Shown here: positions 1-13,801 of the stretch, piece after piece | How positions within the stretch are numbered: the first letter of the stretch is position 1 | How the letters are laid out: every line of letters starts with the position of its first letter | The notes under the pieces: model-generated | The model's database searches: none | Told to the model about the DNA's origin: nothing | Seen by the model: only the letters and a program-made list of their open reading frames with translations | Made by a program: the position numbers and the translations under genes | From: Eledone cirrhosa | Taxonomy: Eukaryota | DNA: 31,113 bases | Direction of reading: 5' to 3' | NCBI GenBank assembly: GCA_964016885.1 | Contig: CAXHJY010000432.1 | Span: 1 to 31,113 of the forward strand

Positions 1-1862
<1,862 letters not shown>

Positions 1863-1980
1863 GTATGGGTTTACCGAGCATTCATTATAATATTTGGTTT
1901 GTTTGTAAACAAACAGCCCGAATTAAGCCGTACAGTGTTCGGCAACCATCGTTGCTCATTTGTTCAACACTGACAAAGAA

Positions 1981-2023
1981 ACGATGTACTAGTTTCTAGC
2001 TTATTAGCTGTCATCAACACCGT
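1981..2023 (-). ncRNA. Minimal type I hammerhead ribozyme (U3 variant core)
   Basis: Minus strand acggtg TTGATGA c-agct-aata-agct-a GAAAC TA GTA catcgt: 6-bp stem I, 4-bp stem II, palindromic stem III ACTAGT, GUA cleavage triplet. Confidence 0.75.
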
Positions 2024-2136
2024 ATACCTTCCTGCCAGGTGATTGGACGTCTGAAAGTATATACTTTCCTTATGCATATTAACGGCTGAACAGCCTAATT
2101 TGCATATCGAGTGAGTTAGTCGGCCGGGCGTTCCTT

Positions 2137-2137
<1 letters not shown>

Positions 2138-2177
<40 letters not shown>

Positions 2178-2292
2178 CTGTGTGTGTGTGTGACTGTGTG
2201 TGTGTGACTGTGTGTGTGTGTGACTGAGTGTGTGTGACTGTGTGTGTGTGTGACTGTGTGTGTGTGTGTGTGTGTGTGACTGTGTGTGTGAC

Positions 2293-2323
<31 letters not shown>

Positions 2324-2779
2324 CTGTGTGTGTGTGTGTGTGTGTGACTGAGTGTGTGTGTGTGACGGTGTGTGTATGTGTGACTGTGTGTGTGTATGAC
2401 TGTATGTGCGACTGTATGTGTGTGTGTGACTGTGTGTGTGTGTGACTGTATGTGTGTGTGTGACTGTATGTGCGACTGTGTGTGTGTGTGACTGTGTGAG
2501 TGTGTGTGTGTGACTGTGTGTGTGTGTGTCTGTGTGTGTGTGACTGTGTGTGTGAGTGTGTGTGTGAGTGTGTGTGTCAGTGTGACTGTATCTGTGTCTG
2601 TGTGACTGTGTGAGACTGTGTGAGTGTGTGTGAGTGTGTGTGTGTGACTGTGTGAGTGCGTGTGTGTGACTGTGTGTGAGTGTGTGTGTGTGACTGTGTG
2701 TGAGTGTGTGTGTGTGACTGTGTGAGTGCGTGTGTGTGACTGTGTGTGAGTGTGTGTGTGTGACTGTGTGTGAGTGTGT
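2138..2779. repeat. (TG)n microsatellite with recurring GAC/GAG interruptions
   Basis: tgtgtgactg-type degenerate repeat. Confidence 0.95.
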
Positions 2780-3077
2780 ACTACACACCTGTACAGTGTA
2801 CAAATACAAATGTAAGCGAAGTTATGCACTTTAGTAAAAGAAAAGGTACGGCGTGTACACAAGAGGATGTTTGGTGTATATGGTAAAGGTAAGAGAGAAG
2901 AGTGTAGACATACTCGTACCAACCCGACTGCCAACTAGTCTACTACCGAGTCTAGGTAGCTTGCTAGCTTGACTAGTGATCAGGGTAGTTAGGGGGGTGG
3001 GGTGGGGTGGGGTGGGGGGTAGAAAGATAGATAGACTTGTTTGGTTAACAAGGTAGGAATACCTAATAACGATGTGT

Positions 3078-3111
<34 letters not shown>

Positions 3112-3123
3112 TTAATATAGATG

Positions 3124-3174
3124 AGATTCTACAGGACTAGAACTGTTTCATTCATTAGAAATCATCAGGAATCT
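3124..3174 (-). ncRNA. Type I hammerhead ribozyme
   Basis: Minus strand agattc CTGATGA t-ttc-taat-gaa-t GAAA cag-ttctagtc-ctg TA gaatct: perfect 6-bp stem I, intact core, 4-bp stem III, GUA triplet. Confidence 0.85.
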
Positions 3175-3450
3175 GGGTATCAAAAAATAAATATGGTATT
3201 TATAGGTCTCTACAAGTGGTAGGAGAGGGTGGGGAGTGGGATGGGTGCAGGTCATTGGTTGATAGAAAAGGGAGTTCATTAAAAGCTAATTCTACAAAGC
3301 TATAGTTAATTTTTATTTTTATTTATATTTATTTATGTTTTTAGAGTAACAAAGGCAGACAGAATTCTATAAACAGGTTCCGGATGGCATACCATTCCTT
3401 GTCAATAAGTTTCTCAATAAGTTTCTCTATATATATATATTTATATATAT

Positions 3451-3721
3451 GGTGGCTGCCAACTCGTTTTCGAGTACGGCCACTACTCTATATCCATGTA
3501 GGAGAACCCCTACCGATGCGCTGAACGACTGTGGCTTTTTAGTCCAGCCAATGACTTGAAAACTCTGGTACAAACACTACACTTGTGACAATTATTGACA
3601 CATAGTGCTGGGCCCATGGTACCATGTGACGACAAGTGCAGAGAGATCTCCAGATATAAAGCAATGCCTGTGCCGTGAAGCTTTTATAGTGAGCAAAGGC
3701 ACTGCACAAAGCCAGTCCCAC
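3451..3721 (-). mobile_element. Dispersed repeat, copy 1 (resembles RTE-type LINE 5' region)
   Basis: Near-identical to 23554-23824, with a diverged copy at 9214-9480; begins at the same TATAT|ggtggctgcc junction as the 23554 copy; strand and RTE assignment inferred from the ctaggagaagg motif in the longer copies. Confidence 0.6.
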
Positions 3722-4149
3722 ATACATACATACATACATACATACATACATACATACATACACAAATGGCTGCGATAGCTGGCACCTTCAAAATTTGCAA
3801 AACATTCTTGCGATTCAAGGGATGACAATTTCTTTTCTTTTACAACCTTGCCACCAGGAAGGTGGCCGGTCAAAAACATATACTCGAAATTAAGAGAAAG
3901 AGAAAACATACACATACATACATATATACATACATACATACATACATACATACATACATACATACATACATACATACATACACACATTCACACACACATA
4001 CACACACACATACATACATACACGTATGTATGTCTGTGCACATACATGTATGTCTGTATTCACACATACACACATGTATGTGCACACATACATGTGTGTA
4101 TTTGTACATACATACATGTGTATATGTATGTATATATATATATATATAT
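3722..4149. repeat. (TACA)n/(TA)n microsatellites flanking a ~140-bp unique island
   Basis: catacata tracts at 3722-3763 and 3906-4149. Confidence 0.9.
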
Positions 4150-4182
4150 GAGACCAAGTAAAAAAAGAGCCAACTTATGCAG

Positions 4183-5066
4183 CTTCATATGCAAATGAGA
4201 TTAATCACCTTCATATGCAAATGAGATTAATTACCTTCATATGCAAATGAGATTAATTACCTTCATATGCAAATGAGATTAATTACCTTCATATGCAAAT
4301 GAGATTAATTACCTTCATATGCAAATGAGATTAATCACCTTCATATGCAAATGAGATTAATTACCTTCATATGCAAATGAGATTAATTACCTTCATATGC
4401 AAATGAGATTAATTACCTTCATATGCAAATTGTATTAATTACCTTCATATGCAAATGAGATTAATTACCTTCATATGCAAATGAGATTAATCACCTTCAT
4501 ATGCAAATGAGATTAATCACCTTCATATGCAAATGAGATTAATTACCTTCATATGCAAATGAGATTAATTACCTTCATATGCAAATGAGATTAATCACCT
4601 TCATATGCAAATGAGATTAATTACCTTCATATGCAAATGAGATTAATCACCTCCATATGCAAATGAGATTAATTACCTTCATATGCAAATGAGATTAATT
4701 ACCTTCATATGCAAATGAGATTAATTACCTTCATATGCAAATGAGATTAATCACCTTCATATGCAAATGAGATTAATTACCTTCATATGCAAATGAGATT
4801 AATTACCTTCATATGCAAATGAGATTAATCACCTTCATATGCAAATGAGATTAATCACCTTCATATGCAAATGAGATTAATTACCTTCATATGCAAATGA
4901 GATTAATTACCTTCATATGCAAATGAGATTAATCACCTTCATATGCAAATGAGATTAATTACCTTCATATGCAAATGAGATTAATCACCTTCATATGCAA
5001 ATGAGATTAATCACCTTCATATGCAAATGAGATTAATTACCTTCATATGCAAATGAGATTAATCAC
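4183..5066 (+). repeat. 26-bp minisatellite, 34 copies, cttcatATGCAAATgagattaat(t/c)ac
   Basis: 884 bp / 26 = 34 units; every unit retains the octamer ATGCAAAT; main variation is aattac vs aatcac. Confidence 0.97.
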
Positions 5067-5224
5067 CTCATTTACACAGACGAGGACACTATATATTCTC
5101 GACTGTTTCCAATGTCCAGCAATTGTGAGACGGATCATCTAAGGCCACAACCAGCTAAGTTCGATATCCATCGACAATTGACCCCATACTTCTGTTGGAC
5201 ACCGCTTGATGGCGATAGCTGCTA

Positions 5225-5917
5225 GTGATTTTGCATAGCTACGGGTTTCTAAATGTTCATTTAGAAACATACCATATTTCTTTAGAAATACGAAATTCAC
5301 CCCCGCCCTCCAAACACCCGTGTTCCTTTCCCTCTCTCCTACCTCTCCGGCGACATATCCTCCGTTCCCTCCGTATCCTCTCTTCTGACCCCGTCACTTC
5401 TCGCTTTTTTCCAAACCCACCCATTACTGCTTTTAAGCACGCCCGCAACCTCTGTGACCTCCTGGTTCGCAGTTCCTTCTCGTCCTCTCCCACGACTCCA
5501 CCCGGCTCTCATCCTTATTCCCGTCCCCGCTGCAACACTTGTCCCTTTATTTCCACTCTCACCACTCTCACAGGCCCTAACGGGTCTTTCCCTATCCGCC
5601 ATTCCTTCACCTGCACATCCACCCACGTTGTTTATGCCCTCCGGTGTTCCCTTTGCGGATCTTTATATATCGGACAAACGGGACGCCGTATGGCGGACCT
5701 TTTTGCCGAACATTTGAGGGACATACGACTCGCTTTGGATACTCCTGTCGCCCGTCATTTCTGTTCTCCTGGTCATTCTTCCCTACATGTTTCAGTCCTG
5801 GGTGTCCCTTTACATCATGGATCACAGGCCTCACGCACCGGGACTGAACAAAGTCTGATTCACCGTCTTGGGTCCTATTCCCCTCTTGGACTCAACTCAC
5901 CTCCCCAATTTCTCTAA
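5225..5917 (+). mobile_element. Penelope-like element 3' ORF fragment: RT-thumb/linker, Cys motif and GIY-YIG endonuclease (Neptune-like)
   Basis: DPVTSRFFPNPPITAFKHARNLCDLLVRS, RPRCNTC, VVYALRCSLCGSLYIGQTGR, FAEHLRDI, PLGLN; homology probably starts near 5320. Confidence 0.9.
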
Positions 5918-6302
5918 TACCCCGTCCATTATCACACCCCTAGATTCCTATCGCTTTCTCTTTGCTCATAGCTTCGTACTTACATGCACACACACTCTTT
6001 TACTCACATATACTCACACATTTCTTCTTAGCTTCGTACGGACCTATATTAACACACACACACACACTCATGCTTACGCACGTGCTCAAGTATAGCTCTT
6101 TTTACAAAGCGTTTTTTTTTCTATTTCAAGTAGACGCGCGAAATCATCCACTTTTCTAAAAAATAAATCATACACAAAACACCAGCACCAACAGTTTTGC
6201 AAGAGATGTCAACATGAATGGACCTGTTATTTTTATCTAAAGACATTTTTTTCCCAATTCCATCCTGCCCGTCCTCTTAATATATTTTATTTCTCATTCT
6301 TT

Positions 6303-6358
6303 CTTCTGATGAAGGACTAGCGTCCGAAACGTTAACACCCTCTTCCTACTATGTCAAG
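6303..6358 (+). ncRNA. Hammerhead ribozyme motif in PLE 3' UTR/pLTR
   Basis: ctt CTGATGA a-ggac-tagc-gtcc GAAAC gt...at GTC aag; core and stem II clear, stems I and III weak; lies about 390 bp after the GIY-YIG stop. Confidence 0.7.
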
Positions 6359-6419
6359 CGTTAACCTGATATATCCCTTCCATATACTGTACCGATTGTG
6401 TTGCTATTTCTGTTTATCT

Positions 6420-6491
<72 letters not shown>

Positions 6492-6577
6492 GGAGGTGAG
6501 TTTTATTGTAGTACAATAAAGCAATGCAGATATCGGATAAGAAGCACTCTACAGTTTGTAGGACTGGAGTATACATA

Positions 6578-6633
6578 ATATATAAGATCAAAAGATGGTT
6601 AAAATACATGAACTCATTTAACCATCTTTTGAT

Positions 6634-6642
<9 letters not shown>
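6578..6642. repeat. Short inverted repeat, 26-bp arms, 13-nt spacer
   Basis: atatataagatcaaaagatggttaaa / tttaaccatcttttgatcttatatat. Confidence 0.9.
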
Positions 6643-6702
<60 letters not shown>

Positions 6703-6987
6703 TGTGTGTGTGTGTGTTAGCGATTATAATGGAGCATTCAACCCGAACCAATCTTATATATTACAAAAAATGGGTTTCATTTGATAATCTTTGTTCTCCT
6801 CATTTAATATATATATATAAATATATCTTCCGATGAAGGGATTTTAGACCGGAAATATTAGGCCACATAAAGAAACAGGCGACACACTAACACCTTCAAA
6901 TTAACCATCCATGTTGTATTGTCTTAGGGTTCGAATAACATATCACCTTATACACTAACGCCTCAAGCAACACTTAAAAACACAAAC

Positions 6988-7408
6988 ACACACACATATG
7001 TATATATATATATACACACACACGTATATATACACACACACATATATACACACACACATATATATACACACACACATATATATACACATACACACATATA
7101 TATACACACACACACATATATATACACATACACACATATATATACACACACACATATATATACACATACACACATATATATACACACACATATATACACA
7201 CACACACATATATATACACACACACACACATATATATACACACACATATATACACACACACACATATATATAAACACACACACACATATATACGCACACA
7301 CACACATATATACACACACACACACATACACACACACACACACATACACACACATATATATACACTCACACACACATACACACACACATATATATATGTA
7401 TATATATA
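6988..7408. repeat. Compound (CA)n(TA)n microsatellite
   Basis: Alternating CA and TA runs. Confidence 0.95.
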
Positions 7409-7540
7409 GCGAGGGAAAAGTGGTAAGGAACCAGGTGGACCATAACGCACCAAAGTACTCAATACTTAGGGTAGTAGAGTGGGTAATAGGAGTAAGTAAG
7501 ACCCCGACGGCTGAGCTCAAGCCGTTTCGACGGCTAATTC
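7409..7540 (-). mobile_element. Half-hammerhead module, same family as 14515-14644
   Basis: Reverse complement matches 14515-14644; minus strand attagccgtc GAAAC ggcttgagctcagcc GTC gggg; truncated at the aattc hairpin loop. Confidence 0.8.
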
Positions 7541-7850
7541 TGTATATATCTATATATATATATATATCAGTGGCGAGGGGTAACCTGGTAAGCAGGGCAT
7601 GCAGTCCAATCACCATGGCGGAAAGTGGGGATGTGCACCCCCCCCCCCAATTCCCTCTAAATGACCCACCCGGTCAAAGCTGCATGTAGTGTTATCTAGT
7701 GTGTGTGTGTATGTGTGTGTGTGTTATCTTTTTATGTGTCTACGGTTTAGTAAGCAGCCAAAAGTCTGCTTGCTTCAACTGACGCAATTGGTCAACTCAA
7801 GATTCTATAACGCATGCACTGCATGCGTTGCATGCACGGACCCTTCGCCT

Positions 7851-8304
7851 GTATATGTATATATATATACATGTCTGTATATATATATATATGTATATAT
7901 ATATATGTGTGTGTATATGTATATATATATATATGTGTATATATATGTGTATATATATGTGTATATATACACACATACACATATATATAGACACACATAT
8001 ATATATACATATAGACATATATATATATGTACATGTACACATATATATATATATACATATACACACACACACACATATATATATACATATACACATATAT
8101 ATATATATATATATACATATACACATATATATACATACACACACATATATATACATACACACACATATATATACATATACACACATATATATACATATAC
8201 ACACATATATATACATATACATATATATATATATATACATATACATAAATATATACACATATACATAAATATATATACATATATATATACATACATATAC
8301 ATAA

Positions 8305-8341
<37 letters not shown>
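7851..8341. repeat. (TA)n/(TG)/(CA) compound microsatellite
   Basis: Direct reading. Confidence 0.95.
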
Positions 8342-8345
<4 letters not shown>

Positions 8346-8576
8346 AAAGAATAGAGGTGTAACACACAAGTTATTATATATTGGTAAACGGAATAGAAAA
8401 TGCTGACAAATTGTTCACAGTTGAAAAATGGTTTAATTAGGAATAAAAGAGTATTAGTGATTGTATGGGTTAGTATTCAGTTGTGGTTTTAAGTTTTTAA
8501 GTTCTTACCGGTTGCGCATTTCTAAATGCTTTTCAAAAATAATTTTGAGATAGAGTGTCCGTGTTTGCTCTGATCT
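8342..8576 (-). mobile_element. Dispersed repeat, single-arm relative of the 24821-25205 foldback family
   Basis: Shares ttggtaaacggaa...accggttgcgcatttc...gagatagag...gctctgatct with 24821-25008 and aaaagaatagaggtgtaacacac with 25178-25200 (inverted). Confidence 0.85.
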
Positions 8577-8834
8577 GTATATATATATACATATATATAT
8601 ATACATGTATATACATACATGTATATACATATATATATATATATATATACATATATATACACACATGTATATATACATATATACACACATATATATATAC
8701 ACATATATATATTGTTATACTTTGGGAGGGTCATGTTGCCAATAAGAAACACACGCACCATTTGCTTTCACTTCAATTTATTATAAATTTCCGATTGGCT
8801 GGCTGGTTCCACAACCGGATGGTTGTTCATATAT

Positions 8835-8878
8835 TGTCAAAGTTCTTTCGTCACACATTCTGTGACCTCTTCAGTGAC
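8835..8878 (-). ncRNA. Minimal hammerhead ribozyme (left arm)
   Basis: Minus strand gtca CTGAAGA g-gtcaca-gaatg-tgtgac GAAA gaac TT tgac. Confidence 0.75.
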
Positions 8879-8986
8879 TGGGGATTCTTTTCTTTGTTTT
8901 GTGCCTCTCCTTTGTTCTGTCCTATGCCATCTTGTTTTTCGTAGGACAGAACATGGGAGAGGCACAAAACAAAGAAAAGAATCCCC

Positions 8987-9031
8987 TGTCACTGAAGAGG
9001 TCACAGAATGTGTGACGAAAGAACTTTGACA
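8987..9031 (+). ncRNA. Minimal hammerhead ribozyme (right arm)
   Basis: tgtca CTGAAGA g-gtcaca-gaatg-tgtgac GAAA gaac TT tgaca: 5-bp stem I, 6-bp stem II, near-palindromic AAGAACTT, CUU triplet. Confidence 0.78.
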
Positions 9032-9213
9032 ATATATGAACAACCAACCGGAAGTTTATAATAAATTGAAGTGAAAGCAACTGGTGCGGTGTTTCTTATT
9101 GGCAACATAGTGTAACAATATCGGTCTCAACACACGTTTTCAGATAAAGAATCTTGCTAAACAAATTCAGAAACGAAATATATATATATATACGCGTATA
9201 TACACACATAAGA

Positions 9214-9480
9214 TGGCTGCCCCTTTGTTATCGAGTATGGCCATTGCACGATATACCATTATTAATAACTAATTAATTCTAATTTATTCTATCGTGCAAT
9301 GCCTGTGCGTGAAGATATTTTTTAAAGTGGGGAAAGACTGTGCACTGAGCCAATCCCACTCTCTGAGAGACAGTAGCTATAACCTGAAAAGAAGAAAAGA
9401 TCAACATCATCGGTAACTACTGAGCCGCAGGTTTTATATCGGAGTTAACCCAGTTTCCTGAGTTGCCTTCTCCTAGAAAG
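9214..9480 (-). mobile_element. Diverged copy of the 3451/23554 repeat family
   Basis: Shared blocks tggctgcc, tcgagta(t/c)ggcca, gcaatgcctgtgc, tcccactctc, tcaacatcat, ccttctcctaga. Confidence 0.65.
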
Positions 9481-9628
9481 GCTAGGGGTCCTTCACTCCC
9501 AGCGGTTTAACCGCGCGGTACATGTGTATATACATATTTACACACTTTCGGATGGCTGCTGACTCTTATGAGTTCTTCCACCCTTAGTCAGGTTTTGTTT
9601 TTTGTCCTGCATATATATATATATATAG

Positions 9629-9875
9629 AGGAGACTGAGGTTGGCTGGACATGCTCACCGACATCCAGAGTTGACATTGCACTCAGTGCTCCTTTGGGAG
9701 CCCCTACATGGACACACTAGAAGAGGAAGACCAAGGTTAACATATGTTGATGCCCTAAGGACAGACACTGGTCTGTTGGAGATGCAGGATATGGCAGCGA
9801 TAATGAGGGACAGAGACCGCTGGAGAGAACTCGTCCATGGATCTCGGGAATTTTATCCGCCTTAGATAGATAGAT
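9629..9875 (+). mobile_element. RTE-clade LINE 3' end with (TAGA)n tail
   Basis: RRLRLAGHAHRHPE...LLWEPLHGHTRRGRPRLTYVDALRTDTG...MRDRDRWR is the typical RTE C-terminus; stop followed immediately by tagatagataga. Confidence 0.85.
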
Positions 9876-10794
9876 ATATATATATATTATTATTCAAAAT
9901 ATTAATAAATGAGAAATATTCTCATAACAAAAGTATATATTTTATTATACATATTTCAAAAGTACAATGGTGTCTCAGTACGTTTTCATCAGATAAAATA
10001 TATAAGAGATTGGTTATACGACATACCACTTAGGTCTTGAATCTTCAATTCCTGTAGTGGCAGTAAGTTATTTCACCAATACTCAACATTTATATACCAC
10101 AAATAATATGATAAACTTAGAGAAGAAGACGTAAATCAACAAAGAAATATAGAAGGGGAGTTGAAATAGAAGATGGGGAGAGAAAAGAGGGGAAATAAAG
10201 AAAAGAAGAAAAGAAAAGGAAAGGATAAAGAATAGGAGAGAATTAAAAAAATCCACTGTACTCAAATCCTAGACAGAAAATTCAAAAATTATTCTTATTA
10301 TTTATCAATGAATGCCACTTGTATTGGATTACGCTTTAGTTAATTATAAGTTTATAATATTAGGCATAGATTAATTTTTACGGCAATCAAATATTTAAGT
10401 TCTTACAAATTTATATGCTTAAATTAATTTAATTTAATTTAATTCATTCTAGATTATGACAATGTTTTATTATAAGGTAAAATACTGTTATATTTAATGT
10501 TTATTAAAAAACTATTAAATATGTATTAAAAATACATATATCCATATCAATATATAATATATTTTGTTCATTTATCATCTGAATTAGTTCAAAATTCCAC
10601 TTTAGGTGAAACTTCGTTATATTTTATATATTTTCATTTATCTTTTAAAATTTACATGTGGTTATATTTACTCTCCATAAACTTTATTTCACTTAATGAA
10701 GGGTTTTATTTATATTTACTTCAATACTTAATTTTTCTAATATATATATAGTTTAAGTTTAATGATAGTCTATGTACTATTAAACTATTAATTA

Positions 10795-11609
10795 CTAGCA
10801 GCAGTACCCAGCGTTGCCTGGGTAGGTAAAATAATATCTGCTTTGATGAAAAGGTGTTGATCTTAGCGACTGCTTCTCGATGACTCATCTATGGCCACAC
10901 ACAGGCCATGAGGGGGAGGGTGGTGATGACGTCTATCACTGAGAAACGCGGGTGACTGACGAAGGGGCATGCTGGGGGGGGGGGACTTCGAATTTGAACG
11001 AAATCGGTTGAAAAATGTGGGAGCTAGAGCCGAAAAGGCGGAAATTTGAGCGAAAAGATGGTATTTTCGAATATTTAAGCGGCTGCCACGCCATTCCTGA
11101 ACGAAAAATCCAAAATGTAAAGCCACTTTAAGACCTGAAATAATTAGATCTAGCGTAATGTAAAATTTGAACAAAGTAGATTGATTAATGTGGGGATAGA
11201 GCCGCAAAAGTGGAAATTTGAGTCTAAAAGTGGTATTTTTGAATATTTAAGCGGCTGCCACGCCGTCCCTGAACAACAAATGCAAAATATAAAGCTAGTA
11301 CAGGATGTGCAATGATAAATTCTATTTTGCTTTAAAATTTGAACGAAATCGGTGGTAAAATGTGGGAGCTAGAGCCAAACATTTTATTTTTCGATACCTA
11401 AAAAAAGGTAACCGCCTCTATCGATTTTTATCTGCAGATTGACCCCGGAATAAAAAAAAAACGATACGCTGATATATAGAAAACACTCCCCGATGACTAA
11501 TCTATGAGCCTGTAAAGTTTCATGAAAATCGGTCGTAAGATGTAGGCCCCTATAGGTAATACACAGACACACAGACACACACACACATATTTAATTTTAT
11601 ATATACAGA
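10795..11609 (-). mobile_element. Non-autonomous Helitron
   Basis: Minus strand A|TC start at 11609 and CTAG|T end at 10795; subterminal hairpin tacccag-cgttgc-ctgggta (10805-10824); microsatellite near the 5' end; internal ~173-bp unit repeated about 2.3 times (10990-11380). Confidence 0.8.
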
Positions 11610-12006
11610 TTATTTATTAATCTATATTTTATATATATTTTTTTGAAAACTAATATAATTTACGGACAATGTAAAGAAAAGGAAGATAACTCTTTTACAA
11701 GGCAAAAAAACAACAAAACTGTTTAAACTTAGAGGGAATATCTTCTCTCTCGTCCAACGATTTTTTAAGTTCCTCAATATAACTAATCTATATATCTTAA
11801 TTGATGTCTAATTAAATAGTGAACTATCCTAATCAATTCGTAGAACAAAAAAAAAACTCTCAATGAGGTTATGCTATTACATCTATAATTTTTACTTGAA
11901 TTAGCAAATATTCAAAGTGTTATTTGTCCGTATTTTTTTAGAACTGGCACATTGCCTGGAAAGTCTTACCAATTTTATGATGACAATAACTAAATAATTC
12001 ATTCTG

Positions 12007-12087
<81 letters not shown>

Positions 12088-12093
<6 letters not shown>

Positions 12094-12562
12094 ATGCTTG
12101 GGGAGGGTCATATTTGTGTAATATTGCCAGAATTAATAACAGAACACACTCACTGTTTGGTTGGTTTTCGCTACTCGCTGTCTTTTATATCGGTAATCTA
12201 ACTTACTCGGTCCTCAATGTTGCCATTGACTGACCGACGGTCAAAAATAATACAGATACAATATAGACACAAACACATATATATAGTTTATCATAAATCT
12301 TTCGTTGCACATCTGCAACATCATCAGTGGTGTTATATTTTCCTCCTGTTGTGTTGTATGTCTACGCCATTTTTATTCAGTCTGTCTATATATTTATTTA
12401 TTTGCTTGTTTGTTTATTTTATTTTGTCTTCTTTGCGCATGCGTTTGCGTGTGTGTATAGTGTTATGTTTGCTGTATGATGGGTGACTAGTGTGTGTTTA
12501 TGTGCTTGTTGTTATTGTGCTTGTGTATGTATTTATTTATTTATCTTATTTTATTTACTTAT
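12088..12562 (-). mobile_element. PLE 3' UTR/pLTR containing a hammerhead and the atgaccctccc motif
   Basis: Follows the GIY-YIG stop on the minus strand; 12088-12190 is an inverted relative of 16906-17010. Confidence 0.7.
12290..12331 (-). ncRNA. Minimal hammerhead ribozyme
   Basis: Minus strand acca CTGATGA t-gttgca-gatg-tgcaac GAAA gatt TA tgat: intact core, 6-bp stem II, weak stem I. Confidence 0.75.
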
Positions 12563-12971
12563 TTATACTTCTCTTAGGTCAGTGTTGTTTGTTTGGGTGT
12601 TGTTATTCCATTCATTCTTTCTGTTTAGCTTTGGTCTTCTAATTTCTATTTCACTGGCCTCTCTGATTTGCCTATCTGCTGGGTCATTTCTATGTTTAGA
12701 TATTATTCTAATTTCTATGTTGTTTATGTTACCGTCATGTTGTCTAGCATGTTCGTATAGTACTGACCCGTTTTTTCGTCCTTTTAGTCCCCCCCCCCCA
12801 GTGTTGGTCTATCCTTTCACCTATGCTACGAGCTGTCTCACCTATGTATGTTGTTGTCATGTTTCTGCAAGTACCCTCTGTACATCTTATGCTATAGACT
12901 ACGTTTCTAGTTTTACAGTTTATCCGGGGGTTCACCTTACATTTGATACGTTTCCTATTGGTACAGTGGGT
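12563..12971 (-). pseudogene. Penelope-like GIY-YIG endonuclease fragment, frameshifted
   Basis: INCKTRNVVYSIRC...YIGETARSIGERIDQHW, then a frameshift near the C run at 12789-12799 into SVLYEHARQH...DRQIREASEIEIRRPKLNRKNEW...stop. Confidence 0.85.
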
Positions 12972-13122
12972 TTATATATATATATATAAACTTTGATAGG
13001 TTTCGGCCTGTTGAAAAGCACAAAAACTGCGAAACCGGTGAAGGAACCAAATAAATATATTTAAAAAAAGAAAGACTAGTTGCATTTTCGATTTCATCTT
13101 TTTCCTTATATATATATATACA

Positions 13123-13731
13123 GAAAGAGTCAAATTAGATGAGATGCTGTTTGGGTTTGTGCCTGGGAAAAGTACAACAGATTCTCTCTTCTTAGTGAAA
13201 CAACTACAAGAGAGGTTCTTAGAGAAGAATAAACGACTATACTTAGCTTTTGTTGACCTAGAGAAGGCCTTTGATAGAGTACCCCGATCTGTCATCTAGT
13301 GGTCCCTAAGGAAACTAGGTGTAGAGGAATGGCTTGTCAGGACAGTGCAAGCTATGTAGAGAGGTGCTGTCAGTAAAGTGAGAGTAGGAATGGAGTTTAG
13401 TGAGGAATTCCAGATACAAGTAGGAGTACATCAGGGTTCGGTCCTGAGCCCGCTCTTGTTCATTATAGTCCTCCAAGACATAACAGAGGAGTTTAAGATT
13501 GGCTGCCCATGGGAACTTCTCTATGCTGACGATCTGGTTCTTATAGCAGAATCAGTAGAGGAGCTAGAGAATAAATTCTGACTATGGAAACAGCAGTTGG
13601 AAGCAAGAGGACTGAGAGTGAACCTAGCTAAGACAAAAGTGTTGATGAGTAGAAAAGAGGACAAAACTCCGATTCTGTCAGGGTAATGGTCATGTTTGAT
13701 ATGTAGAAAAGGAACTGGTATAAATGCTATA
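13123..13731 (+). pseudogene. RTE-clade LINE reverse transcriptase internal fragment
   Basis: FGFVPGKSTTD, AFVDLEKAFDRVPR, GVHQGSVLSPLLF, LYADDLVL, GLRVNLAKTK; four in-frame stops. Confidence 0.92.
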
Positions 13732-13755
13732 CACACACACACACACACACACATA

Positions 13756-13801
<46 letters not shown>

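Larger units (their letters stand above)
8710..9121. repeat. Foldback inverted repeat (~190-bp arms) with a hammerhead in each arm
   Basis: atgttgccaataagaaac...tgttctgtccta / taggacagaaca...gtttcttattggcaacat; spacer about 8925-8941; a few mismatches and two indels. Confidence 0.95.

Noticed and set aside
2992-3019. G-quadruplex-capable (GGGGT)n run
   Set aside because: Simple repeat within a decayed repeat island; no evidence of function
4183-5066. CRISPR-like regular array
   Set aside because: Units are contiguous with no unique spacers, there are no cas genes, and the context is eukaryotic
8823-9043. Two mirror-image 68-aa ORFs
   Set aside because: By-product of the inverted repeat; no recognisable protein
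9976-10050. Minus-strand CTGATGA-AAACGTAC as a hammerhead
   Set aside because: No stem II between the core halves and no convincing stem I
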